From a virus (taxonomy: Duplodnaviria > Caudoviricetes): a stretch of DNA of 41,125 bases. The notes below the pieces were generated by a model, which saw nothing but the letters and a program-made list of their open reading frames with translations, made no database searches and was not told the origin of the DNA. Each line of letters starts with the position of its first letter. The stretch's first letter is position 1. Both the position numbers and the translations under genes were made by a program. The DNA lies in the IMG/VR virus record IMGVR_UViG_3300045285_000056, positions 1-41,125 of that record; one strand, 5' to 3'. Below, piece by piece: positions 8,751-16,348 of this stretch.

Positions 8751-8765
8751 TGAGGGAGGGAAAAA

Positions 8766-8981
8766 ATGAAACACGATGGCGGCCCCGCGTTCCCCGGCGC
8801 AACGCCTAAAGAACTGGGAATGACGCTGCGCGACTACTTCGCGGCAGCTTCGCTGTCGGGGCTAATCTCGTCCCAGATTGATACCACAAGCAGCATTGAT
8901 GATCATGGGGATTTCCGCGAATTGTATGCAGCGGCGGCATACGGGATAGCCGACGCGATGCTCGCCGAACGACTGAAGTAG
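8766..8981 (+). CDS. Conserved phage hypothetical protein (GGxAFP / GMxLRDY family), copy 2
   Basis: DGGPAFP...GMTLRDYFAA...AYGIADAMLAER, with strong SD GAGGGAGG. Confidence 0.85.
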   Translation: MKHDGGPAFPGATPKELGMTLRDYFAAASLSGLISSQIDTTSSIDDHGDFRELYAAAAYGIADAMLAERLK

Positions 8982-8982
8982 C

Positions 8983-9162
8983 CTACGCTCCCGGCGTCAG
9001 CCTTGCGGCCAGTTCATCCATCGCCCGGCGCAGCTCGTCGTGCGTGTGGCCCGGATGCTCCCGTATCCACTGCGCCCGCTCGCGCTCGAAGCGTTTCATC
9101 CGCGCAATCCCGCGCATCACCGCGCTATGGTCCGGTCCTGGCTTTCTGCGGCTGACGATCAT
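8983..9162 (-). CDS. Hypothetical 59-aa protein
   Basis: MIVSRRKPGP...FERERAQWIREHP...ELAARL with SD GAGGTG. Absent from the ORF track. Confidence 0.65.
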   Translation of the reverse strand: MIVSRRKPGPDHSAVMRGIARMKRFERERAQWIREHPGHTHDELRRAMDELAARLTPGA

Positions 9163-9179
9163 TGACCACCTCGATAGGC

Positions 9180-9332
9180 GGCAGAGGCGGACGCAGCGCC
9201 CGACCTCTGCCTAGCTTTTCCGGCGCGGCGATAGGATTACCGTGCGGTCGAGCGTTCAATCGGCCCCGGACCGAACGCGGTTGAATTCCGGGGCCTGGCC
9301 GGTGCTGGGGAGGGAACCGCCGCGCGCCGGTT
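9180..9332 (-). ncRNA. Candidate structured RNA or leader
   Basis: Three stems: 9220-9230/9318-9330, 9262-9270/9287-9295 and 9180-9187/9204-9211. An extended -10 (TGcTAAACT) lies just upstream. Confidence 0.45.
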
Positions 9333-9373
9333 GCGCGTCAGTTTAGCACTGAAAAATACAGAAAAAAGGCGTT

Positions 9374-9574
9374 TTAAGCCTTCAAAATACATTGAAACCT
9401 ATCATCAACTTCCGCCCAGGCGAAGTTGGCGATCTGTTTTCCCTCCATCGAGAAAGCGCGGTCGCAGCGCGGGCAGAATAACATCATGCGGCTCCTATAT
9501 ACCAATGGTTTTCTGCCACAGCACCGCCCCTTTTCGTCAAGTTGGTATGGACCTACACTTTGATTGATGTTCAT
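9374..9574 (-). CDS. Small Cys-rich protein
   Basis: CCGRKP...FCPRC. Confidence 0.6.
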   Translation of the reverse strand: MNINQSVGPYQLDEKGRCCGRKPLVYRSRMMLFCPRCDRAFSMEGKQIANFAWAEVDDRFQCILKA

Positions 9575-9609
9575 GTAGAAATTGACGCTAAATAGAGTCT
9601 AAATAGAGT

Positions 9610-9921
9610 CTATTTGGATGCCTGCATTGCAGCAACGCACTTGCATACGGCGCGGCTGAGAGATTCATCTGCGACCCACGAAATTCGCCCTTGCTCGAAA
9701 ACATTCCAGTGTTTTGAAAGAGGGTTCCATGTCAGGTCCAGCTTAAAACGCTTTATCAAATCGAAGCATTGCGCTGAGTTATTGATAAGGTCATACGCAC
9801 CCCCATTCAAATCGCCTTCGTAGTGGACAATCCTGACAAAAAAGCCATTTTTGTCATCGTCAATCTTAAAAGGTAATCCAGTCGCCTTCCGGCACCAAAT
9901 CGTAATTTTCAGATCATCCAT
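9610..9921 (-). CDS. NinX/DUF2591-like (ABA sandwich) protein
   Basis: YDLINNSAQCFDLIKRFKL...ADESLSRAVC pattern. Confidence 0.55.
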   Translation of the reverse strand: MDDLKITIWCRKATGLPFKIDDDKNGFFVRIVHYEGDLNGGAYDLINNSAQCFDLIKRFKLDLTWNPLSKHWNVFEQGRISWVADESLSRAVCKCVAAMQASK

Positions 9922-10276
9922 TACCGGACTCCATTATTTTTTTTATGAGACCAACGCCATGCGCTTTTCCTATATCTCCAAAATTAAGCGAGTCCCAATA
10001 GTGGTCTTTTATGATTTCGCACATTCGCTCTCTTTCGGCCACGACGGCTTGTTTGCATTCTTGCCGCGCTTCGTCGCGTTGATGCGTAAGCGCGGCGATT
10101 TCAGCACGCAGTCCTTCGATTATTAATGCGTCTGCATCCGTCCACCTTCTCATAACTCTGTCCGCAATCACGGCTAGATCATTTTCCAATGGCGTGCCGT
10201 CGATACGCTTTTTATACCAAGGGTGAGCTTCGAATGCAGACTGGAAAGCGGGGTAGGAAACTGTAATGCATATCAT
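9914..10276 (-). CDS. Hypothetical protein with coiled coil
   Basis: Overlapping ORF chain. AVVAERERMCEI motif. Confidence 0.7.
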   Translation of the reverse strand: MICITVSYPAFQSAFEAHPWYKKRIDGTPLENDLAVIADRVMRRWTDADALIIEGLRAEIAALTHQRDEARQECKQAVVAERERMCEIIKDHYWDSLNFGDIGKAHGVGLIKKIMESGNG

Positions 10277-10551
10277 GGCGCTGTCTCCGTATCATTCGTC
10301 AATGGTTTCGTGATCCACTTGTGCCCATGCTGATACAGCCATTTGCAGCAGCAGAGGCAATACGTTTCAGGAGGTTTGTTTTCATCGTAGAAAGTCTGGT
10401 GAATCACGTGCTCGTCCGATAGCCAGCAAAGCACACGGCCAAATGTGTCGCGCCACATCATCCTATTGAAATAGCCACGGCGAAGGCCGCGCCAAAATGC
10501 GCGACGGCCTAATTTGTTCAACAGATCGACCCCTTCCCTGCCCGCGCCCAT
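10273..10551 (-). CDS. Hypothetical Cys/His protein
   Basis: LCWLSDEH...YCLCC. Overlaps the next ORF. Confidence 0.6.
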   Translation of the reverse strand: MGAGREGVDLLNKLGRRAFWRGLRRGYFNRMMWRDTFGRVLCWLSDEHVIHQTFYDENKPPETYCLCCCKWLYQHGHKWITKPLTNDTETAP

Positions 10552-10583
10552 TCCTACCCATCCTTACCCATTTACCGGCCCCT

Positions 10584-10814
10584 CTATTCGTCCAGGATGG
10601 CCCTGGCAATCATTTGGCGTTCCACCTGCGAGCACGTGCAGTGCGCTCCGCCGCCAGTATGCGAATTGCAATACGCTATCTGCAAAATTGCATCGCGCAG
10701 CCGCGCTCTCTCTGTCTGCAATTCCGAAAATAGCCGCGCAGCAATAACGTGCTCTTTATGATGCGACTTACGCAGGTAGTCGAGCGTTTCCGCCATAGCT
10801 TGATTGTCGGTCAT
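10584..10814 (-). CDS. Hypothetical protein
   Basis: ATGA-coupled ORF with RLRDAILQIA...IARAIL. Confidence 0.7.
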   Translation of the reverse strand: MTDNQAMAETLDYLRKSHHKEHVIAARLFSELQTERARLRDAILQIAYCNSHTGGGAHCTCSQVERQMIARAILDE

Positions 10815-11032
10815 TGTTGATGTCCCTCGCTTAAATCAACCATAGTTGACTTGACGGCCTCGGCCAATACTTGCGGCGCAGCGCTACCTATAGATGCAGT
10901 CATGGAGCCCACGAGCACGGCAAAAAAGCCAGCCCACCAAAGCACGGGCTCAGGCGCGGACTCGGCGAATGGTTTTACGCCCTGCATCATGTATTGAGCG
11001 CAATCCGATCCTTCTTTCATGCTGGCGTCCAT
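10811..11032 (-). CDS. Hypothetical protein
   Basis: ORF in the coupled chain. Confidence 0.6.
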   Translation of the reverse strand: MDASMKEGSDCAQYMMQGVKPFAESAPEPVLWWAGFFAVLVGSMTASIGSAAPQVLAEAVKSTMVDLSEGHQQ

Positions 11033-11042
11033 ATCAACCCCG

Positions 11043-11135
11043 CTATCTCACAAGCCAGACAGCAAACGTGACCCAACTGATAACAGTAAAAACTATCACG
11101 GCCCCTGCGATTACGACGAATGCGGAAAATTTCAC
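11043..11135 (-). CDS. 30-aa membrane peptide
   Basis: MKFSAFVVIAGAVIVFTVISWVTFAVWLVR. The GTG start overlaps the upstream stop. Confidence 0.5.
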   Translation of the reverse strand: MKFSAFVVIAGAVIVFTVISWVTFAVWLVR

Positions 11136-11440
11136 GCGCCATCCCCAAGCCAGAATAGGCGGCGCACGCGGTCAGGGTCCGATCCTGTTGGCGCAGGCCA
11201 GCGGTATTCAGTTCCGCGCATCGTCGGCAGCGGCTTCGAGCTCGGGCCGATCTCGTAGCTGTAAATCCGCCCGTTGCGATCCGAGCGCCCGGCATAGACC
11301 TGATGCACGCGGCCCTCGTTCCTCAAATCCGCCAGCCAGCTCCGCAGCGTGCGCTCGTGCGGCCCGCCGAGCTCGAGGCTGATCTGATCCAACGTCAGCG
11401 GCCCCAGGCGGTGCAGGATGGGCGGGATCAGTTCCTTCAC
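11132..11440 (-). CDS. Winged-helix-like DNA-binding protein
   Basis: GPLTLDQISLELG...RTLRSWLADLRNEGRV. Confidence 0.65.
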   Translation of the reverse strand: MKELIPPILHRLGPLTLDQISLELGGPHERTLRSWLADLRNEGRVHQVYAGRSDRNGRIYSYEIGPSSKPLPTMRGTEYRWPAPTGSDPDRVRRLFWLGDGA

Positions 11441-11634
11441 GGCTTACGCTCTGGTTTAGCTTGGAACCTGGAGGGCTCGAAGTGACATGGGTGCCGGGGC
11501 GATACGTACATCCACGAACGCTGGTAACTGCATTGTAGCCAGCCCGCCGCGTGCAATACGCCGCTCGCGTCGTCAGCCGGACGAGAATTGGCGCAGTTGG
11601 CGCATGTACGATGAACATCGATGTTTTGGCTCAC
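11437..11634 (-). CDS. Small Cys-rich protein
   Basis: CANC...C...C, coupled to both neighbours. Confidence 0.65.
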   Translation of the reverse strand: MSQNIDVHRTCANCANSRPADDASGVLHAAGWLQCSYQRSWMYVSPRHPCHFEPSRFQAKPERKP

Positions 11635-12296
11635 AACAAAAACCCCCTAGATTGCATGAACTCTATAGGGTCTTTCCCTCCTTTTTGCAAATTACAGCGT
11701 TTTCGTAATAACTGAATATTGTCATCTGTGTTTGATCCGCCACGCACTAGAGGTATTTTGTGATCCATTTGAAAATCGTCGCCTAATGGTTTCTTGCAGC
11801 AAGCGCATTTTCCCCTTTGTAACACAAACAACCTTGCCGGCAAATCTTTAGACAATGCTCCGCCTCTGTTTTTCTTTGCCGCTCTCCTGTTTTGCTCACT
11901 TATCTTCATCTTTACTTTGTTGTGTTCTCGCCATCTTTTATCAATATTTCTCTTTTTATCTTTGTTTTTGGCGGTCCATTCAGAGGTTTTTTTATTTAAA
12001 ATAACGCGATTCTTTTCCCTATATGCAGAACTCTTTTTTCTGATTTTATCCGGGTTGTTTGTGTACAATTTTTTATCTTTTGCTTTTAACTGTTCAAGAT
12101 GTTCCGCTCTGTATTTAGCCCACCTCTCTTTTCTTTGTTCTGGATTTTCCAAGTGCTTCCTGGCTTGGCGCTCATAATTACATTTTTTACATACTCCGCA
12201 TGGATAAAAATCCAGGCCGCCACATCTGCGGCACACTTTCTGATGGGATGGTGCGCCGCAGCGCTCAGGCGGCAGTTCAGGTATTTGGGTATCCAT
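11631..12296 (-). CDS. HNH endonuclease with N-terminal zinc finger and Lys-rich repeats
   Basis: QRGKCACC...MDHKIPLVRGGSNTDDNIQLL...CNLQKG. AT-rich relative to its flanks. Start is 12296 or 12305. Confidence 0.9.
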   Translation of the reverse strand: MDTQIPELPPERCGAPSHQKVCRRCGGLDFYPCGVCKKCNYERQARKHLENPEQRKERWAKYRAEHLEQLKAKDKKLYTNNPDKIRKKSSAYREKNRVILNKKTSEWTAKNKDKKRNIDKRWREHNKVKMKISEQNRRAAKKNRGGALSKDLPARLFVLQRGKCACCKKPLGDDFQMDHKIPLVRGGSNTDDNIQLLRKRCNLQKGGKDPIEFMQSRGFLL

Positions 12297-12303
12297 GCGC
12301 TGC

Positions 12304-12348
12304 ATAATAATTTGCGCACTTGCTAACTGTCAAGCGATCTGATACCTT
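12304..12348. promoter_or_regulatory. Back-to-back promoters with operator palindrome O-L
   Basis: Leftward TTGACA-18-TATTAT and rightward TTGCTA-17-TACCTT. Palindrome CTTGCTAACTGTCAAG at 12319-12334. Confidence 0.65.
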
Positions 12349-12356
12349 TTCCAAAC

Positions 12357-12521
12357 ATGGATACCAAATATCAAACGGTCACGCAGGCAGCGGAGCAATC
12401 CGGTTATACACGCAGTTGGATTCACCTCCTGATAAAAGATAAGCGCGTTCCCGGCGCGAAACGGATGGGAACAATCTGGCTTGTGCCGCGCCCTCTAAAA
12501 TATATTTCTAAAAAGACTTGA
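12357..12521 (+). CDS. 54-aa helix-turn-helix (HTH_17/Xis-like) regulator
   Basis: MDTKYQTVTQAAEQSGYTRSWIHLLIKDKRVPGAKRMGTIWLVP. Below the ORF-track cutoff. Confidence 0.85.
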   Translation: MDTKYQTVTQAAEQSGYTRSWIHLLIKDKRVPGAKRMGTIWLVPRPLKYISKKT

Positions 12522-12546
12522 CAGTTATCAAGTGTGCGTTTATCTT
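12517..12546 (+). promoter_or_regulatory. Early rightward promoter with operator palindrome O-R
   Basis: TTGACA-17-TATCTT. Palindrome CTTGACAGTTATCAAG at 12517-12532. Confidence 0.7.
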
Positions 12547-12589
12547 GCAACTGTGCGCTGCGCGGCGGCGCAAAAAGGGGGGAACGGAA

Positions 12590-12802
12590 ATGAACAAACG
12601 GCAAAGTTTTGAAGCGGGGCGCAAAGCGTTTGAACAGGAACACGCAGTTATCCCGCCGCGTGATGTTGATGGTGACGTATATGTCGCAGGCTGGCTCACA
12701 GCGCGCGACGAGTACGAACAGCGGCAATTCGCGGCGTACAAGAGAGAGACAGAAATGATTATGACGCCGCATGATACGCTTTCCGAGAGGGCTGGAAAAT
12801 GA
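12590..12802 (+). CDS. Hypothetical protein
   Basis: Starts MNKRQSF, with a G-rich SD. Confidence 0.7.
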   Translation: MNKRQSFEAGRKAFEQEHAVIPPRDVDGDVYVAGWLTARDEYEQRQFAAYKRETEMIMTPHDTLSERAGK

Positions 12803-13062
12803 CTGAACAGAGTCTAACCGATTTAATGGACGAGCACCGCGTTGTGCCGGTGCCAGCGTCCGAGCTTGACGCACTTCGGCGGGATGCCGCTCGCTGGAAC
12901 CTGATCGTGGAACTGACGAAGCACGAAATTGCAGAGCTTAATCCGGCGTGCAAAGCCATATGGAATAGGTTTGTAAAAGGTGGGTGGTGGACGAACGATT
13001 TAGAACAAATGATAGACGCAGCAATACAAGAGAATAGTAAAAACGCAGGTAGGATTTTCTAG
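12799..13062 (+). CDS. Hypothetical protein (DAARW / IDAAI module)
   Basis: LRRDAARW...MIDAAI, a common phage early-gene motif. Confidence 0.75.
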   Translation: MTEQSLTDLMDEHRVVPVPASELDALRRDAARWNLIVELTKHEIAELNPACKAIWNRFVKGGWWTNDLEQMIDAAIQENSKNAGRIF

Positions 13063-13071
13063 GAGGCCGAA

Positions 13072-13281
13072 ATGTCCGACTACGATTTCCGCGACCCAGG
13101 AGCTTATGTGCAGATCAAACCGTATCAGCAGATGACGAACAACGCGCCAGCCGACTATTCAGCCAAGTTGGCGGCTGCGAAAAGGACTTTGGGGCCGCGT
13201 TGGTGTTTAGCCCAACCGATCAACGGGCGCATTCCGGCCGAGAGCAAACCGCAGATTCGGCTGGTGAGGAAGAAAACATGA
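13072..13281 (+). CDS. Hypothetical protein
   Basis: SD AGGAGG. Confidence 0.7.
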   Translation: MSDYDFRDPGAYVQIKPYQQMTNNAPADYSAKLAAAKRTLGPRWCLAQPINGRIPAESKPQIRLVRKKT

Positions 13282-13532
13282 CTTGGACCATGTGCGAAGC
13301 CTGCGAGACGTGTGGCGAGACTAACGACGGCGGCGAGTGGTACTGTGGGCGCTACACCTGCGCGCGGTGCGTCAAGGCCCAGATCGCAGCGGAGGACGCG
13401 CCGGGAGACTGGATCGAGGAAGCAAAAATCCGCGAGAAAGAGCAACACGACGATCGCCTAGATGATAAAGCCGAGCGCGGCAGTTGGTCCGACTGGCGCA
13501 ATGTGACTGATCGCAGAACGGACGGCAAGTAA
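13278..13532 (+). CDS. Zinc-finger hypothetical protein
   Basis: CETC...CARC, ATGA overlap. Confidence 0.7.
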   Translation: MTWTMCEACETCGETNDGGEWYCGRYTCARCVKAQIAAEDAPGDWIEEAKIREKEQHDDRLDDKAERGSWSDWRNVTDRRTDGK

Positions 13533-13554
13533 TTTCAACGAGAGGGAGAAACGC

Positions 13555-13746
13555 ATGTTCAAAGTCACGGTTACCGAGTGCAACCCGCTGGCCGACCTGG
13601 GCGCCCCGCCGGTAGAGGTAGAAGTGTTCCGCCAGAGCGTCGAAGCGCTGGACCTGCGCAGCGTGATCGAGGCGATCAACAGGCGTCCCAGGAAGCCGCG
13701 CGAGGCCCGCGCGCCGACGAACGCAAAGAAGGAGGCGAAATCATGA
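13555..13746 (+). CDS. Hypothetical protein
   Basis: SD GAGGGAG. Confidence 0.7.
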   Translation: MFKVTVTECNPLADLGAPPVEVEVFRQSVEALDLRSVIEAINRRPRKPREARAPTNAKKEAKS

Positions 13747-14036
13747 AAATGAAGATCAATGCATTTCTGCACTACCACAAGTCGGATTGGTCGAACGTAG
13801 CCACGTACCGCTTACACTGGAGCGACGTGACCGGCGTGTTGGGACCGGAATACGTGATGATCCGCGAGCAGGAATTTGAAGTTGAAATCCCCGACGACTT
13901 CGATCCGAGGCCGATCCAGATTGCAACCCTACGCGCAGAGCGGGAGAAAATCGTTGCGGAATGCGAGGCCAAGAAGCAAAACCTGGACGAGCAAATCATG
14001 CGGCTTTTGGCGATTGAAAACACGGTTCCGGCATGA
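13743..14036 (+). CDS. Hypothetical protein
   Basis: EVEIPDDFDPR...LLAIE, with SD GGAGG. Confidence 0.75.
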   Translation: MKMKINAFLHYHKSDWSNVATYRLHWSDVTGVLGPEYVMIREQEFEVEIPDDFDPRPIQIATLRAEREKIVAECEAKKQNLDEQIMRLLAIENTVPA

Positions 14037-14797
14037 GCGACGAAACCACTCTTGTAGTGCCGTACTCCCGCGCCGAGGACCGCGTGCCAGCCGCGCCGCA
14101 GTCGCCCATGGCAATGGTAGCCGACGCGGTGCAGCGCGGCATGGACCCCGCCACGATCAAGGCTTTGATGGAGTTGGCCGAACGCAACGAGGCGAACGAA
14201 GCGCGCAGGGCGTACAACGCGGCATTCAACGCTTTCAAGGCCGACGTGCCAAAGATAATCCGCAGCACGATGGTAACGGACGGCCCTCTGAAAGGGAAAA
14301 AATACGCCGATAAATACGCCATCGTTTCCGCTGTGACTGCCGCGCTGTCCAAGCACGGCCTTAGCGCATCGTGGCGCACGACGAAGGATGAAAAGGACTG
14401 GATCGAAGTCACCTGTACGCTCCGGCATGTAATGGGGCACGCCGAGAGCGACGCCAAGGGCGGCCCGCCGGATACCGGCCCCGGCCGCAACACGATTCAG
14501 GCGCGATCGAGCACCAACAGCTACCTGGAGAAAATCACGCTGAAAGCAATCTGCGGGCTGGCTGAATCTGGTGACGACGACGACGGGCGCGGCGGAAAGG
14601 GCGCCAAGATGCCGGACAAAGCATTGGCGGACTGGCTCGCCGCGGTCGAAATGGCCGAGTCGATGGAACAGGTTGAAGCGGTGTGGCGGCAAATCTTGAG
14701 CGCGTCCACCGCTATAGGCGACATAGCCGCCCACGAAGAATTGAGAGCCGCAGTCTTGGCAAGAAGGAAGTCCATAAAGGGAGCGGAGAAAAAATGA
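14033..14797 (+). CDS. erf: ERF-family single-strand annealing protein
   Basis: Motifs KYAD, LSKHGLS, VTCTLRH-GH-ES, IQARSSTNSYLEKITL and DDDG. Confidence 0.9.
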   Translation: MSDETTLVVPYSRAEDRVPAAPQSPMAMVADAVQRGMDPATIKALMELAERNEANEARRAYNAAFNAFKADVPKIIRSTMVTDGPLKGKKYADKYAIVSAVTAALSKHGLSASWRTTKDEKDWIEVTCTLRHVMGHAESDAKGGPPDTGPGRNTIQARSSTNSYLEKITLKAICGLAESGDDDDGRGGKGAKMPDKALADWLAAVEMAESMEQVEAVWRQILSASTAIGDIAAHEELRAAVLARRKSIKGAEKK

Positions 14798-15699
14798 GCA
14801 CGCAGGAAGAGGTGGTAGTTTTCAAGCCGATCGAAGCCGCGCTGGCCGCGCTGGATCAGAAGTTCCTGAACGTCGTCTATGACGCCAGCACGCCGGAGGG
14901 TCTCGCGGTAGCGAAGGCAGCAAAAAAGGAAATCTCGGCCTACCGGATTTCCCTTGAAAATGCGCGGGTGCGGGAAAAGGAATCGAGCTTGCTGTACGGG
15001 CGAAAAGTCGATGCCGAGGCGAAGCGCATTGCCGCGCGGCTGGCCGTGCTGGAAGACCCTGTGACCAAGGCCATTGACGAGGTGGTGAAGGCGGAGCAGC
15101 GCGCGCGTGAAGCCGCAATCGAGGCCGAAAAGCGGCGCATTCTCGCCGAGCAGGATGCCGCGCGGGTAGCCGAGGAACGGCGCATGGCTGAACAACGTGC
15201 CGAGATTGCGCGCCAGCAGGCTGAGATCGCGCGGCAGCAGCGGGAAGCGGAAGAGGCCGCACGGGCCTCGCGCGCTAAGATCGAGGCGGACGAACGCGCA
15301 GCCCGCCAAGCCCGCGAGGAAGCCGACCGCGCCGCGCGCCGCGAACGCGAGGAAGCAGAAGCCGCGGCGAAGAGGATCAGGGATGCCGAGGAAGCCAAGC
15401 TAAAGGCCGAGCGCGACCGGATAGACGCCGAGGCGCGGGCTCTGGCCGAGGCCAAACGCGCAGAGCAGCAGCGGATCGACGACGCCGAGCGCAAGGTGCG
15501 CCAAGAGGCCGAAACGAAAGCCATGCAGGAGCGCCTGGCCGAGTCCCATAGACAAGCCGTAGCCGAGCGCCAGAGGCAATTCGCGGCGGATACCGAGGAA
15601 GCCATTCGGCTGCTGCGCCAGCGGATCGAAGGGAATGGGCGCTACGCCGACATCGCGGCGGCGATCGACGAATATCTTGCTCAAAAGGCGCCGGCATGA
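14794..15699 (+). CDS. Long Ala/Glu/Arg coiled-coil protein of the recombination module
   Basis: Extensive helical low-complexity sequence, coupled to erf. Confidence 0.8.
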   Translation: MSTQEEVVVFKPIEAALAALDQKFLNVVYDASTPEGLAVAKAAKKEISAYRISLENARVREKESSLLYGRKVDAEAKRIAARLAVLEDPVTKAIDEVVKAEQRAREAAIEAEKRRILAEQDAARVAEERRMAEQRAEIARQQAEIARQQREAEEAARASRAKIEADERAARQAREEADRAARREREEAEAAAKRIRDAEEAKLKAERDRIDAEARALAEAKRAEQQRIDDAERKVRQEAETKAMQERLAESHRQAVAERQRQFAADTEEAIRLLRQRIEGNGRYADIAAAIDEYLAQKAPA

Positions 15700-15743
15700 G
15701 AGACAGCTTCGACAAATTCCTTGAGCAGGGGGAGCAGGCATGA
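15696..15743 (+). pseudogene. 15-codon mini-ORF, probable orphaned exonuclease N-terminus
   Basis: MRDSFDKFLEQGEQA resembles the exonuclease start MSLKEFAEDGEQG. ATGA overlaps at both ends. Confidence 0.5.
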
Positions 15744-16348
15744 GGGCGCTAGAACTAACTGGAAAACGCTTTTCGCGTCTAGTTGTAATAAAACGCGCCG
15801 GAAGCAGAAATGGATTCTCGCAATGGGAGTGTATTTGCGATTGCGGCAATACCCGCTACGCAATTGGTCCCGCATTAGTTGATGGTTATACCAAATCGTG
15901 CGGGTGTCTGTACGACGAAACCAGGACGACGTGCCATAGGACTCACGGAGAACGTAAAACAAGGGCATACACCGCGTGGAGCCTTATGCGCAATAGATGC
16001 GGAAATCCAGATGGCAAAAATTTTGACAGATACGGGGGTCGAGGAATTAAAGTCTGCGAACGTTGGTCATTGTTTGCGAATTTCCTGCAAGATATGGGGC
16101 AGCCAGCCCAAGGCATGACGCTTGATCGAATCAACAATGACGGAGACTATGAGCCGCTTAATTGTAGATGGACAGACAGAAAAACACAGCGCAGAAACAA
16201 TTCCATGAACATCCGAGTAGTCCTGCGTGGACAGGCTCTCACTCTAGCTGATGCCTGCGAACAACTTGGATTAAAGCTAAGTACCGTGTATATGAGAATT
16301 CACCGAAGCGGCTGGAGCGTCGAGCGAGCATTGGAGATCACGTTATGA
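15740..16348 (+). CDS. HNH homing endonuclease
   Basis: Motifs WECICDCG, KSCGC, YGGRGIKVCERW and TLDRINNDGDYEPLNCRW. Confidence 0.92.
   Translation: MRALELTGKRFSRLVVIKRAGSRNGFSQWECICDCGNTRYAIGPALVDGYTKSCGCLYDETRTTCHRTHGERKTRAYTAWSLMRNRCGNPDGKNFDRYGGRGIKVCERWSLFANFLQDMGQPAQGMTLDRINNDGDYEPLNCRWTDRKTQRRNNSMNIRVVLRGQALTLADACEQLGLKLSTVYMRIHRSGWSVERALEITL

Noticed and set aside
9180-9332. tRNA gene
   Set aside because: No cloverleaf, T-loop consensus or CCA end is present.
12357-12521. Excisionase implying an integration module
   Set aside because: There is no integrase or att site nearby, and the context fits a transcriptional regulator.
15060-15560. Tape measure or TolA-like gene
   Set aside because: It is low-complexity coiled coil within the recombination operon of a podovirus-type genome.
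13772-15849. Long minus-strand ORFs (320, 262 and 221 aa)
   Set aside because: They are antisense shadows of erf and the coiled-coil gene in GC-rich DNA.
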